Assembly: GCF_009914755.1 (NCBI RefSeq)
Contig: NC_060935.1
From: the human T2T-CHM13v2.0 reference genome, Homo sapiens
Reading direction: 5' to 3' (one strand)
Length of the DNA stretch: 64,000 nucleotides
Shown: one piece after another, positions 44,641-59,265 of the stretch
Layout: each line of letters starts with the position of its first letter
How positions within the stretch are numbered: the stretch's first letter is position 1
The notes under the pieces: model-generated
Databases searched by the model: none
What the model was told of the DNA's origin: nothing
The model's input: only the letters and a program-made list of their open reading frames with translations
Program-made: the position numbers and the translations under genes

Positions 44641-44819
44641 CGGCCGGGACGTCTAACCTCAAGTCCCAGCAAGCCCCGCGGCCACGTCCTCTGACTACCT
44701 CGCGCCAGCAAGACCCAAACTACGGATCCCGATTGACTCCGCGCGGCGCGTCACGCTGTCAGCTCCAGCCAATCGGCTTCAGACAAGTCGGAGGGGAGGG
44801 AGACGCAGAGGCGGACAAG

Positions 44820-44933
44820 ATGGCGGCGGCAGCTGTACAGGGCGGGAGAAGCGGTGGTAGCGGAGGCTGTAGTGGGGCTGGTGGTGCTTCCAACTGCGGG
44901 ACAGGAAGTGGCCGTAGCGGCTTGTTGGATAAG
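44820..44933 (+). CDS. SPCS2: SPCS2 exon 1 coding part (MAAAAVQGGRSGG...GLLDK)
   Basis: AAGATGG strong Kozak; donor AAG|GTGAGG; 114 nt; recognised SPCS2/SPC25 N-terminus. Confidence 0.96.
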
Positions 44934-46099
44934 GTGAGGAGCCGGTTCTTGGGAACAGTTGAATCCTGGGGAGGCCTGGGAGGCGGCGAGCCAACCTTCC
45001 CATCCCGGTCTCCCTTATTTTCTACGGCCTTTTGAGGGGAGCCCTTGTGTGACCACTATCACAACCCTACGCACGCTTGGAGCCTGCCCTTGCCCTCATC
45101 ACACTTCAAACCTGGACCCGGTCCTCTTTAGAACTTCTTCTTTTCTCGCAAGTGTTCTGGTCCTGGTCGCCACACCTTTTTCGGTAATTTGATTTTTCCT
45201 ATATTTAATCGTGTCCATCTCTTTTCTCCTGGGGGGCTGGGTGCACTGTTGTCAGTGCCCATTTCACAGACACGGAAAACCGAAGCCCAAAGATTAAAGA
45301 ATCAGTATCCCCCAAACTCTCTACCACCATCACCCTTGCGTGCTGCTACAGATTCCAAAGTGCTTCTTGTCCTTTTGCTTACTGAAGTTTTTAGGCGTTT
45401 TATCATGATAGGCGAATACTGAAAATATTTGAGTATTGACTGTTCTACTGGGCTGACAAGAAGCCTTTAAGATTTTTCTTTTTTTCCTGTTGTTTTTCCC
45501 CGCCCTCTCCTCTCTTCCCTCCACCTCCCTCTTTGCTACCAAGTGCACTGCTGCCCGCTCACGCTTGCCCCTTTCCTCCCTCTGCTCATCCAAAAAAATT
45601 TTTTTTAACTGCAGTCCTAGCAACAAGGGTTTAAAAGAAAAGAAAAAAAGGAAAACTGTCCCTGGGTTGGCCTTTCTTGCTCTTTGCACAGCATCTTGGA
45701 AGAAACAGTTGCACGGAGAACAACGTCCTGGTGTTGATTTTGCCTCTAATTAGCTTTGTGACCTTGAAATATGCTTGCTCTCTCTATATCTGTTTTCTCA
45801 TCTGCAAAGTGAGAGATTTAGCCTTAAAATGAGGGACTTAACTCTAAATTCCCTTCCAGTTCTCTCATTGTAGGGCCCTGGGCTGGTTTGATGAGAATTG
45901 TTAAGCATGGTGTCTTTAATATAGTAAGCAGAATTTTTGAATATAATTGAAAACAGCTTTCAGACTTCCCTGTGCATAACACATGGTAGGTGCTTAAGAA
46001 ATGAAAACATGATTATGTTGAGGGGTTAAGATCCAGGTCTTTTTACTTGTCTTTTTGAGTGTCATTGGTTTTGAAAGACATGGTTCTCACACTCTTCTC

Positions 46100-46381
46100 T
46101 TGTGAGAGGGGTCACGCTCCATTGCCCAGAATGGATCTTAGCTCACTGCGGCCTTGAACTCTTAAGCTTAGGTGATCTTCCCACCCCAGCTTCCTGAGTA
46201 GCTGGGACTGCAAATGTGCACCACTATGCCTGACTAATTTTTTTGCTTTTAACTTTTCTGTAGAGTCAGGGTCTTACTGTGTTGCCCTGGCTGGTCTCAA
46301 ATTCCTGGGCCTCAAGAGATCCTCCCACCTTGGCTCCCCAAAGTGCTGGGATTACAGGCATAAGTCACCATGCACCTGGCC
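46100..46381 (-). mobile_element. AluJ
   Basis: Diverged antisense dimer. Confidence 0.85.
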
Positions 46382-46959
46382 TCACACTCAAACCTTAAGA
46401 TACAGAAACATATTCTGGAGGTTGGGATGGTAAATTGCTTCAAGACATGTGAGAGTATGGGGAATTGATGGTCATTTGTGTACACAAATCCTTCCCTCTT
46501 GCTAGGTAAGCACCTCATAGCCTGTGCTTACCTGCCCCACTAACTGCTCTTGCTCTTCCTTGCACTTGGATCATCATCAGCAAACATTAAGTATGGGCAT
46601 TCTGCTAAGGCAGTATAGAATACTATTATTATGGAATAGTGTATATGGCACCATTGTGTTATTGAAAGAACCCGGATGTGGGGATCATAAGATTTCAGCT
46701 TTGAAGTATTTCTGCTACTTGCTAACAGTATGAAGATTGGCAAGTCACTTAACCTTTCTTCATTTGGAATTTTGGAATCTCTGGCACCTAGATCACAGGG
46801 TTTTGGGAAGAACCAAGTAAGACAGTACACATTAATGATCTCCATTACCTGTAGTGTCCAGTACAGATGTGTGATGGTGGAGGAGTAAATCAAGAATCCT
46901 ACTGTCAGAGAGCACTCAGAATAGCCAAATATAGGAGATGGGGTAATTGAATCTATTTA

Positions 46960-47469
<510 letters not shown>

Positions 47470-47759
47470 TTACACAGATGTGATGGTGTTTTATGTTTCT
47501 CAGGTATTGAGTTGACTAGAAGGCTCTCTAAAGGAACTGTAGTGACAAGTAGATAGCATCTGATTAGGGAGGCCGTGGATTGCTTGAAGTAGAGGAAAGC
47601 TGTTGAAGGGTTTTGAGACTGTGTAAAGTGGTTTTTAGGAAAACTATTCAGATGGTTTGGAGAGACAGAAATTAGAAGACTTCTTAATAAGGCCGTATAC
47701 ACAGTAGTGTATAATATATAATAAAAAGAGACAAATTTGAGTTCTAGTGCCGCATGTTA

Positions 47760-47839
47760 TTAGGTTGGTGCAAAAGTAATTGCTGTTTTTGCCATTGAAA
47801 GTAATGGCAAAAACCACGATAACTTTTGCACCTACCTAA
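47760..47839. mobile_element. MADE1 (Hsmar1 mariner MITE), full length, 80 bp
   Basis: TTAGGTTGGTGCAAAAGTAATTG..TTTTGCACCTACCTAA palindrome flanked by TA duplications; inserted in a MIR. Confidence 0.95.
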
Positions 47840-48003
47840 TAAAAGCCACATGACCTTGGATAAGTTGTGTGATATTACTGAATTTAAATTTCCTTATGTA
47901 AATATTGTGGACATTCATACATATTATAGGCTTGTTGTAAGGATCAAATTGTATAGTGCTGGTAAATGTTCTTTGGGTTTTTTAGTTTGGTTTCCTCTGC
48001 CCT

Positions 48004-48148
48004 TTTTATTTTATTTTTATTTTTATTTTTGGTAGAGACAAGGTCTCACTGTGTTGCCCAGACTAATCGTGAACTCCTGGCCTCAAGTGATCTGCCCACC
48101 TCAGCCTCCCAAAGTACTGGAATTACAGGCATGAGCCACCGCACCCAG
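48004..48148 (-). mobile_element. Alu monomer
   Basis: Left arm with T-rich tail. Confidence 0.85.
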
Positions 48149-48751
48149 CTCTGTTCCCTGTCCTTTGGAATCTACTAGAAGTAAATGTTCTTTGTAAAGG
48201 GCTGTCTGTGGTAAAAAATAGAATGACAAGGTGATGAGAACCCCAACATGAGTAGCAGAAATAGATAAAAGGTCTCACAAAAGAGTGCTTGGAAGATTTA
48301 ACCAATAAGTGAGGGACAGAAGAGAATAGTCAAGAGCTGCTTGAGTGCCTTTTCTTGGAAAACTTAGTTTCAGCCTTACATTGAACTGTTCCCTCCCTGA
48401 ATTCCTCTAGCACTTACACTGCACATGGGAATTAAGCTGTCACTTAATATGACATACTGTCTTGTATTATTTCACCAATTTGTATTTGCCCGTTTTCCTG
48501 TGAGTGCTTCTCTGTAGTGATCAACACAAGATAAGTACTTTTAGCATTGAATTTCGCAGAGAAAAAACTTGAGATCTGCCACCTCAGTCTTCAGAAACAG
48601 CTTTAGAGGATGGTGCCTCTAATTGTTTGAAGACTGAGGGTACTGTGGGAGAGAACTTGGGGAAAAAAATGTTATTCTCAGTGGAGCAGGATCTGAATGA
48701 ATAGAGAGGCTTTTGCTGTGTGGGAATGAGAAGCTATTACCTTTAATATAA

Positions 48752-49026
48752 TTTTTTTTTTTTTTTGAGACAGAGTCTCGATTTGTCGCAATCTCCACTC
48801 ACTGCAACCCCCGCCTCCCAGGTTCAAACAATTCTCCTGCCTCAGTCTCCCGAGTAGCTGGGATTACAGGCATGTGCCTCCATACCCGGCTAATTTTTGT
48901 ATATTTAGTAGAGACAGGGTTTCACCATGTTGGCCAGGCTGGTCTCAAACTCCTGACCTCAGGTGATCCAACGGCCTCGGCCTCCCAAAGTGCGGGGTTT
49001 ACAAGCGTGCGCCACCACACCCAGCC
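48752..49026 (-). mobile_element. AluS
   Basis: TSD taatataattt. Confidence 0.9.
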
Positions 49027-50284
49027 TAATATAATTTATTTAATTTGATGTGTCTTGATTTGGGCGGGGAGGGTTTTTATTTTATTTCTGCAGCTGTAGT
49101 TTCACTTGCCATAAAGAAGTGTAATAAAGAGATGCAAATATGCTCCTAGTTTTCCCTAAGCAGATGTGAATTTCTACTCTTATGAAACTGACTTTAAGAA
49201 CACAGCAATTCTTGTTTCCTGATCTTAAAAATAAGTATGCAAATATAATCTTTCCGCCTCCATCACAGAATAACTTGACTTAGATCATTGCAGTATGTTA
49301 TTTTGCCCCAAATACATCAAAGCATTTTCTTCTGCCTGGCAGTTATAAAGAAAAGCTGCTTGCTTAATTTGTTTTGGCTATTAAAGTTGATATGTGGTGT
49401 TAAACCATGCTTTCCAGAAGCTATTATCTAGACCCTTTTAGCCTTATACCTGGATTTCTGTCTCCTGGCTGGCCTGTCAGCCTGATCTTAAAGCACAGCT
49501 TTAATCTGTTTACATCAGACTCCTTTGAGAATTAGTTAAAATTAACAGATTTTTGGACCTTTTTTTAGGCCTGAATATCTGCATTTTTCTTCACATGTCT
49601 CTATTACCTCTGCATTTTAACAGTTACCTCCAGGTTGAGAACTACTGGCTTAAATGATTTTTTAAAGTCTCTTCTGGTTCTGACATTTTAAGGTTTTTGT
49701 TTTGTTTTTAAAAGCTATTCTGCTTAATAGTGGTTTCTTTAAAATGTTTATAATGAAGAGATCCTGAAACTCATATGATACTTCAGCCTCATTTTGTAGA
49801 CAAGGACACAAGCAAAGCAACTTGCCCAAGACCACACAGTGAATTAGTAACACTTACAGAACCTGGCTCCCCCAGTGCTTAATCCAGTGCTCTTTCTTTA
49901 CTCAGCACATTGCTTCCCATACCAGAGTGTGCCTTGTGCTATCTAATGTGCTAGCTAACGTAGTAGTGGGATGAGCATCTGTTGTGAGGTGGAAGACCTA
50001 GGCTGTGGCCTTGGCTTTGTCACCCACCAACCATATGTCCTTAGGTATCTCCTCTTTTACTCTACTGGAAGATATCTTAGCTTGTCAGACTTCCAGGTGA
50101 TATGCTTGTGCCCTGTTACCTAGCTCTGACAAAGAAGATGAACGGTTTTATAACATTACTATAATTGTGTGTGTGTGTTTAATGAAACAAGGTGCTGGCC
50201 TTTTAATACTGTTGCAAACTGATCTTTATTAGCGTCTCAAAACTCATTATTTTTTATTTCCTCAAAATAAAAAGTATGTGTGTG

Positions 50285-51250
50285 TCAAAGGCCACTATCA
50301 AGAAAGTGAAAAAAGACAATCTACAGAATGAGAGAAAACATTTTCAAATCATATATCTGATAAGGGTCTAGCATCTAGACTATATAAAGAATTTTACAAC
50401 TCAGTAATAAAAAGACAGCAACCTAGTTTTTAAAAGGGCAAAAGATGTAAATAGACATTTCTCCATAGAAGACGTACGAATGGCCCATAGCACATGGAAA
50501 GATGCGCAACATCATCAGTCATTAGAGAAATGCAAAGTAAAACCACAATGAGAAACCACTTCACGTCCACTAAGATTGCTATAATAAAGGGGGAAAAAAA
50601 AGGAAAATAACCTGTTTTGGTGAGAATATGGAGAAATCAGAATCTTCATATATCGCTAACAGGGATGTAAAATGTGGTGGCACTCTTGGAAACAGTTTGA
50701 CAGTTCCTCAGAAAATTCAACGTAAAGTTAACCATATGACCCAACAATTCCACTCCTAGGTGTATACCCAAGAGAACTGAAAATGTGTGTCCACAGGAAA
50801 ACTTGGCACACAAATGTTCATAACACAGTTATCATAATGGCCTAAAGGTAGAAACAGTCTGTCAGCTGATGAATGGATAAATGCAATGTGATATATCTAT
50901 ACAATGGAATATAATTTGACCGTTAGAATAAAGTATTGATACATACTACAATATGGATGAATCCTGAAAATGCGCTAAGTGAAAGAAACCGATCACAAAA
51001 GGCCATATATAGTATGACTGCATTTGTATATCCATAGAGACAGAAAGTAGATTGTTGGCTGCCCGGGGATAGGGGACAGGAATAAGATGTGACTGCTAAT
51101 GGGTATGGAGTTTCTTTTTGAGGGTATGCATATATTCTAGAATTAGATAGTGGTGATGGTTGCATAACCTTGTGAGTATACTAAAAACCACTGAATTGGC
51201 ATTATTTTTAAATAGTGAATTTTATAGTGTGTGAACTATATCGCAATTTT
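50285..51250 (+). mobile_element. L1MB-like 3' end
   Basis: aatcatatatctgataaggg, aaatagacatttctcc, aaaccacaatgaga, gacccaacaattccactcctagg; 3'UTR with tggtgatggttgc. Confidence 0.85.
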
Positions 51251-51382
51251 AGAAACTTATTTTTGTCTTTCCTGGAGTAACCCTTAAAGTTTCAAATTAT
51301 TATTTCTTTAAACTATATGTCATGTAACACAGTGGTATCACAGACACTGATTACTTTAATACTATTACTTTAATTACTAATT

Positions 51383-51385
<3 letters not shown>

Positions 51386-51451
<66 letters not shown>
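51386..51451. repeat. (AT)n microsatellite, about 33 units
   Basis: Uninterrupted run. Confidence 0.97.
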
Positions 51452-51453
<2 letters not shown>

Positions 51454-51479
51454 GCCTGCCTAGGTACCTTTTTCAGCTG

Positions 51480-52750
51480 TTGCTAGCACCATTTCTCTGC
51501 TCTGATCTCCATCTTATCAAATTTCAATAGTAGTTTTTTATATTACTTAGCCTTTCAGTAGCATTTGACTTATTGATCACTTCTTTTTTCTTGAAATACT
51601 TTCTTTACTTGGCTTCTAGGACACCACTTGCCCCCAGCTTTCCTCCTACGTCAACTAGTCTTTGTTGTCTTCATTGTTCTTTGGTCTTCTTCCTGACCTG
51701 TGTAAATATTGCCAGTCCCTGAGCTTATGAGCTTATTACCCCTGGCCCTCTCCTCTGTCTACCCTCATCCCAAGGTGATACCCAATGTCATGACTTAAAT
51801 AACATGTAGAAGTTGCTGACTTCTACATTTATATTCTCAACCTGGACCTTTCCTATAAGTCCCAGACTTTTCTGTCCAACCGCCTACTTGTCATCTCCAC
51901 TTAAATGTCTAAAACATGTATCAGGCATCAATAGCCAGAGCCAATCTCTTGATTTCCGCTTACCCCTCAAAGTGCTTCTCTCCCAGTCTTCTTCATTTCA
52001 GGTAGATACCTCCATTCATCTAATTTATTCAAACAAAAACCTGAGAGTTACCCTTGATTCTTCTCTTTGCTTTGTACTCCACAGCCATCTCATTGTCGTA
52101 TTTTCCTGGCTGTACATCCAGAATCTGACCACTCCTACCTAGAGAGCTGTAGTAGCCCTTTCAACTGGTCTTCCAGCTTCCGTGCTTGGCTCCGTTACAT
52201 TTTGTTCTCCACACAGCAGCCAGACTGATGTTTTAAAACATAGATCACTCACTCTCTTGCTGAATCTCTCCAGTAACTTCCCATCTCAGTTAGCTAAACT
52301 CCAAATCCCTAATTGTGGCCTATTTTATAGCCCCTGCATGTTCTTGATCCTGCTTGTTTCTGTCATCCTCATCTGTCAGTTTCTGCTTGAGTCATTATAC
52401 TCTGGAAACCCTGGCTTTTCTGCTGTTCCTCAAACACGTTAAGCTTGGGGGATTTTGGTGTACTGTTTTCACTGGGACACTCCAGATTTTCTCATGGGTT
52501 ACTCCTTTATTCAACTCTGCTCAGATGTTAACTATTTTCCCTCACTATTTTTTAGTCTTTTTAAAAACTCTATTGCATTTTTCTGTATAATCTTTTTTAG
52601 AGCCTGGAATTATATGCGTATTTGTTTACTTTTTATCTTCCATACAAGAAGAAGCTCTTTGAGTGCAGAATTTGTCTTGTTTATGACTATATCCCTAGTG
52701 GCTAGAACAGTGCTTGGCACATAGCAAGCAGCCATTCAATATTAATTTAA
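51480..52750 (+). mobile_element. L2 fragment
   Basis: cagtagcatttgac..gatcacttc..cttgaaatactttc..cttggcttc; 3' end gaacagtgcttggcacatag. Other L2 pieces at about 6.1-6.5, 18.5-19.2, 24.6-25.5, 29.9-31.3 and 35.8-37.9 kb. Confidence 0.7.
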
Positions 52751-54878
52751 AGAAAATAAAGAGTGTAATTGCCATAAAGGTTGTGTTTAAAAATATTATT
52801 TTTTTCTTTTAAAAGAATGTCCAACACTGGAATGAATTGCTATTGAGAGGCTTGGCAGTTTCCTTAAAAAGAAAAAGAAACCCAGAAAAGTCATATAACA
52901 GTTAATATTTTTCCAGGCAGTAGGAGATGGATTTCAGATGAAACGGCTGTATGGTCCTCTCCCTGAATTTGCACTCAGCTGCATTTTTCAGAACTGATTG
53001 CATGTAATTCTTAAATGGAGCACGTGATCTGCCACCTTTCTAGAATAAGGACTCATCGCACATCTGTATCAATGTAGTACATTCCTAGCCAGTCTTCGTG
53101 CCTTAATTCAGGTCTTCCTTGGCAGCATCCCTCTCTCTTCCAACCCTCCCCAGTCAGCTTTGCTGCAGATTGATATCCCTGAGGAAATAGGTAACATTTT
53201 ATCCAAAATCTTTTTTGCAGATCCTTGAACTTGTAGTGTGCCCTTGCCCCTCTATGTCTACTTCTTACCATTTAGCACTTAGCATAGTTTATAATTCATT
53301 GTAAGTATAGGATTTTCCTTAACTAAATTGTAAAGACCATTTTTTTTGTATATCTGATTTCTTGTCTACCCATTGCAAAGGTAAGAAATTCATACTGGAT
53401 GATTATGCCAACAATTCAGTCAGACTTTAGAAGATGTTAGTTGCTAGTAGTGAAAGGATTGTTGACTACATTTCAGTTTGCTGGTAGAAAAAAATACTTC
53501 GTTGTTGGAGCATTACTGATTAATATGCTGAATCAAGTTGTTTTAACTTTAAGCTCTTTTCAGCCTTAGATCTCACACTTACTGGGTTCAGTGGTGGGAT
53601 GTTTAAGTCATGGATCCAGTGATCTGGCCCTCAAAGAGCTTCAGTCATGTAGGCTTCTCTATTCATGGGCTGGGTTGATGTAGAAGCAGCCCCGTCACTG
53701 CTAAATGCAGTTTGTGGTGGAGTAGAGAAGGCAGTGTAAAACCTAAGAATCAGTTTCTCTGGGGTTGTCACTAATGTGTGTGCTCATAATTTAATTAACA
53801 CATGGTAATTTCCTAACTTCTAACTCCAGTGATGAATGCAGTCAGTAATAAGCACTGTTAAGCTAGTAATTTTCTTTGCAGTGTATCTTGGCCATTTTTA
53901 TAAAAAATAGATTGAAATTGAAGATTCAGTGTGTTGCTAAGAGCATAATCTCTTTGAGATACCATGTTTTTGCTGAATTGGGATCTAAATTAGATGACAG
54001 TGCACATTCTTAAGATAGACATCATTTTCTTCCCAAACTGAACATTTTCCTTTCTTGCTAAATATGTGTGTGTGGGGGGGATATAGGCACTATATATTTC
54101 CAACTGAAATTGTAATCTCAGCTTCTGAGTTTGCCATCAGTTTTTATTATCTCCTTATTTTAGTTTAGAACTCCACATATACAAATGGGTATTTATCCTT
54201 TTTCCTCCTGTATTCTTCTTCTTGGAAAATGACATGATGGCTCCAACAAGTCATCCAAGCCCTAATTCTAGTAGGTGGTCATCTCTGTCTCTTCTCTTTC
54301 ATGTTCCTTATAACTAGTCTGTTACTAAGTCCTGCCAATTCTACCTCAGAATACTCCCTTTCAGTCCCCCTACTGCTGCTCTGTTGAGCATTGAGGCTCT
54401 GCACTTACATCAGGCCCCATCTGCATCTCTATGTCCAGTGTTACTCCCCTCCAGATCATCTGCCAGGTTGCCACTAAAATGACTTAAAAAAAAAACGTAA
54501 ATTTGATTGTTATTCCCATGCTTAAAATACTCTCCATTGCCTGCTTCAGAATAAAGTTCAAGTTCTTTAGCCTAATAACTAGGAAATGGTTTCTCTCGGA
54601 TGCCTCATCTCCTACTACTTTCCCCCTTTGCAGCTTCTGTCTACTTTCTAAACTGGGATAAAGGAGAGAAAAAGTTTATTTTTCTTAAAGCCATGCTCAG
54701 TTCTGTCTAAATCAGAACAGGGTCACCATTGACACCACTCTCACCCTTGGTAATTCTTCATCTCTCCAGTGTGAATTGAGGAATCCTTTGAGTCTTATTA
54801 TCAAGCCAGGGAACTTTATGAAGCAATCCACTCAGGTCTTTTATATCACTGCATAACTTCTGTTTTCACTGTGATTAA

Positions 54879-55266
<388 letters not shown>

Positions 55267-55631
55267 TTATTTTGTCTCTTTTTTTGATCCCACCCTATCC
55301 CTTTGAGTGTGGTGAGATGCATGGGAACAGAAGGCTGTATTCCCTCAAATGAGTTAATTTGGAAAATGCCTTCCTGTACTGACTACATATCCTTCAGACC
55401 TGAGTTGTGTTTAATATCCTTCCTAAGCACTTATGGAGTTCCTGATGCCATACCTTCAGTGAAGTGTCTTTGTAGAATTTTTTATTATTCAAATGTGCAG
55501 TGGAGAAACGTAACTGAAATGATTCTTCATAATGTTCTATTAAAGCTATCAAATGCCTGTTTTCTTTGAACTGGTTAGCCAGCCAGCTCTGGCATCAGGT
55601 GTGTTAGTCTGACAAAAGATGTCTTTATCTT

Positions 55632-55909
<278 letters not shown>

Positions 55910-57075
55910 TTATCTCTTCAGTGGGTGGTGTAGGGGAGTAATTTCTTTAAGATAGTACTTTTTGAGCTCTGTTTTCAGCCAAATTGCAGTTGGTTTTACA
56001 TTGGGGGGGGAGGTTCAACATTTTTGATACCCTGTGAGTTTTGTGGTCCTATTCAAGATTAACATCTTTTTTTTTTTTTTAGGTTTTTAAAATGTTATTA
56101 CTAGAGCTTGTTAGGAATCAAGATACAATGTATAGCTGTCACTTCAGGGATCTCTTTGTTTCCTGTTCTTTGTGTTTTTGATGGCTAATAATTCCTTTCC
56201 TTGCACTTCATGGGAAAGCAGTGTAGAATAATGAGAGAGCATGGGTTTTGAGTCCTGGCTTTACCACTTTCTGCCTTTCACCTTTGGCAGGTTTTTTAAA
56301 CCCTTAGTGTTATCTGTAAAAGGAGGATTTTAACTGTTCTTACCTTGTAGAGTTATTGTGGAAATTAAGTGAGATAGTGTATATAAAATACTTAGCACAT
56401 CCGTAGCACATGTTAGGCATTCAGGAAATGGTAGCTATGATTATACCTTCTGTCTGCCCTCCATCCCTTAAAGAAATTCTGTGAATAAGAACCAAGTGAG
56501 ATCATTTTGACCATGTTTACATTTGCTAAATTTAAACTGGAGAGTAACATTTTAGAGATCTTTTTCTTCCCTTTTTTTCTTTATAAGGATTTAGACATTA
56601 AAAAAAAAAAAAAGCTATTGAGAGTATATTGTGTTCCAGGCTCTGAGAATACAAAAGTGTATAGTCCCTGTGACCCAGTGAGGGAGACAATACATACAGT
56701 CAGGTAACCATGATGCAGTGTATTATATAGTTTTATATCATTAATAGCAACAGCAATAGCTAATTTTTATGAAGTACTTGCTAGGTACCAGGCACTGTGC
56801 ACTGTGCTATGTTTTATAATTACACTATTTACTTCTCATACCAACCTGTGAAATAGATACTTTCACCATCTTAATTTTACAATTTAGCAAACTAATAAGG
56901 CTTTAGAGAGGTTAAATTATTTGCCCAGTGCCTTCCAGTATTAAGTGGAAAAGTGAGGATTAAAATAAAGTAGCCTGACTCCATTCTCCCTTGGATAATA
57001 AGGATTCACCTTATTGGGTAAGGAAAAAAAGCATTTGCCTACATACATTTGTATTTAGTCTAAATCCAGTCAGCT

Positions 57076-57392
<317 letters not shown>

Positions 57393-57759
57393 GAACCAAT
57401 CAGCTTGTGATTTGAAGTACAGTACACCTTTAAGAATAAGGCCACAATCTGCTTTGGGATTGAGTTCAGGGATTAAGGCAAATAAAAATAAGTTTATATC
57501 ACTGAAGAAGAGACAGTTTTATAATGAGCCATGTATTTGTAATTTAGCCCTAAAGAATTTTGTTGGCCTGTCATTTACTATTTGTATGGCACTTAACATC
57601 TTTGAACTCTAGTTTTCTAATCTGAAGGACATTGGTTTCTGGATTGAGGGTCTGCTTAGTGCTGCAATAAAAAGATGAGTGGCAATAGCAGTTTTACAGT
57701 GGGTGAAAATTGACCTGTGTAAGGGATATCATCTTGAAATTTTAGATACTGGCAACATA

Positions 57760-57988
57760 AAGAACTTTTTCTAGATTTCCAGAAGGAAAGGTGTTCAACA
57801 TAAATCACATCATTTATACAAACAGTTGAGGCACAGTGAGCCATTCTTATCACTGAGGGAATGTATTTATATCAGTGTAGGGATTTGTTTTATCAGCCAG
57901 CTTGTCAGATACCAGCCAAGGGCCAACCTTGCAAACAAGCCTTGCTAAAGATGGCAGTCTTGGACCCAGGTTCACTTATTTCTGCACA
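57760..57988 (-). mobile_element. MER21-like LTR fragment
   Basis: ccagccaagggccaaccttgcaa..aagccttgctaaagatggcagtc..ttctgcaca. Confidence 0.6.
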
Positions 57989-59095
57989 CTGCCCTTCTTT
58001 TTAATTTATCCTGTGAGGTCCCACATAAAAGAAACTAATTTTTGCTTTCTCTTTTTATTATTACAAAAGGAAAGCAATTTGCAATTAGTGTTGAGGAAGA
58101 CAAAATTGAGGCAAAAAAAAAAAAAAGATAGCTTTTAAAATACCCGAATTAGTAGTAGAGAGAACATGAGGAGCAGCATACATTTTAGTTGATGAGCAGT
58201 TTTTGAGCATGATGAGAAGTAATAATCAGAAAAAGAAGCACCTAATAGCAACTCCCCTTCTTCCAGATGGTTCTCCATACTGTAGTAGAGACATTACTTG
58301 CTTCGAAATGGGCTGTGTTGCCGTAAAGTCAAATTATAACCTTTCTTGTGATTTCATGTAATTCACTGGAAATGTTTCTTTTCCACTTACTGAAGATTGC
58401 TTCTAGGTACCAGGCAGTGAAGTTAGAGCTGAGGCTATTTCAATACATTGTAATGGCTGCTTCTGCATTTTATTCTCCCAAATTGGTTAAGACATTATCC
58501 TCTGACTTTTAAAGGCAAGTTTCTTTTCTGTGATGCAATGCAGGCAGTGAAGTGTGGCTAGGTGTCTGAGAATATGATTTTCCTGTTTTTGAATGACCCA
58601 TAATTTTTAAATGACTTTATTCTGACTTTATTTCACAAATAATTCAAATGCTATGGTGGATTTGGCTCTACAAGTTGGTTCTTTTGCATGTCTTCAAAGA
58701 GGGATTTACTTGACAGTGTAAATGAGCTATCTAGCTAGAAAACCTGCTAATTTCTTTTTGGTTCAGTTTGTATCTTTAAAATTAGATGTCGTGTTTGATT
58801 TGTAGGCTGGCAGTCTATGGCAGTCAATAGTGCAGTATGCTGCCATGAGTAATTTTCTCAAAGAAAAATTTTTGCTTTTACAGGGCACCAAGGGGGAAAA
58901 AAAACTTGATTGACTTTTAATCACTTTAAGTATGGCTATTTTTAGCTCATGTTATTTCTTCTAACAAACTTCACAGAACAGGTTTTCTCTTTTGTGTAAT
59001 AATATATAGAATCACAGTTAAAAAAAAAACAAGGTTGATGAATTGTATTTCTGTAGTTGTTTAAAATCTTTACAATTATTTTTATCCCATCTCTT

Positions 59096-59265
59096 ATTTT
59101 ATTTTTTATTGTTTGTTTGTTTGTTTGTTTGTTTGTTTATTTATTTATTTATTTTCAGAGACAAGCTCTCACTATATTGCCCAGGCTGGACTCGAGCTCC
59201 TGGGCTCAAGCTGTTCTGCCACCTCAGCCTCCCAAGTATCTGGGATGGCAGGTACTCACCACTGC
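59096..59265 (-). mobile_element. Alu monomer with (GTTT)n(ATTT)n tail
   Basis: Single diverged arm; TSD ccatctctt. Confidence 0.8.

Larger units (their letters stand above)
44430..45010. promoter_or_regulatory. CpG island / bidirectional promoter of XRRA1 and SPCS2
   Basis: Only CpG-dense stretch in the window. ZNF143/SBS-like motifs at 44655-44680 and 44717-44731, CRE half-site CGTCA 44749-44753, CCAAT 44769-44773, YY1 motif CAAGATGGCGGC over the SPCS2 ATG. Confidence 0.9.

Noticed and set aside
44733-44819. In-frame TTG-initiated N-terminal extension of SPCS2 in the ORF track
   Set aside because: It starts upstream of the CCAAT box inside the core promoter, so it is probably not in the mRNA; short GC-rich open frames are expected by chance.
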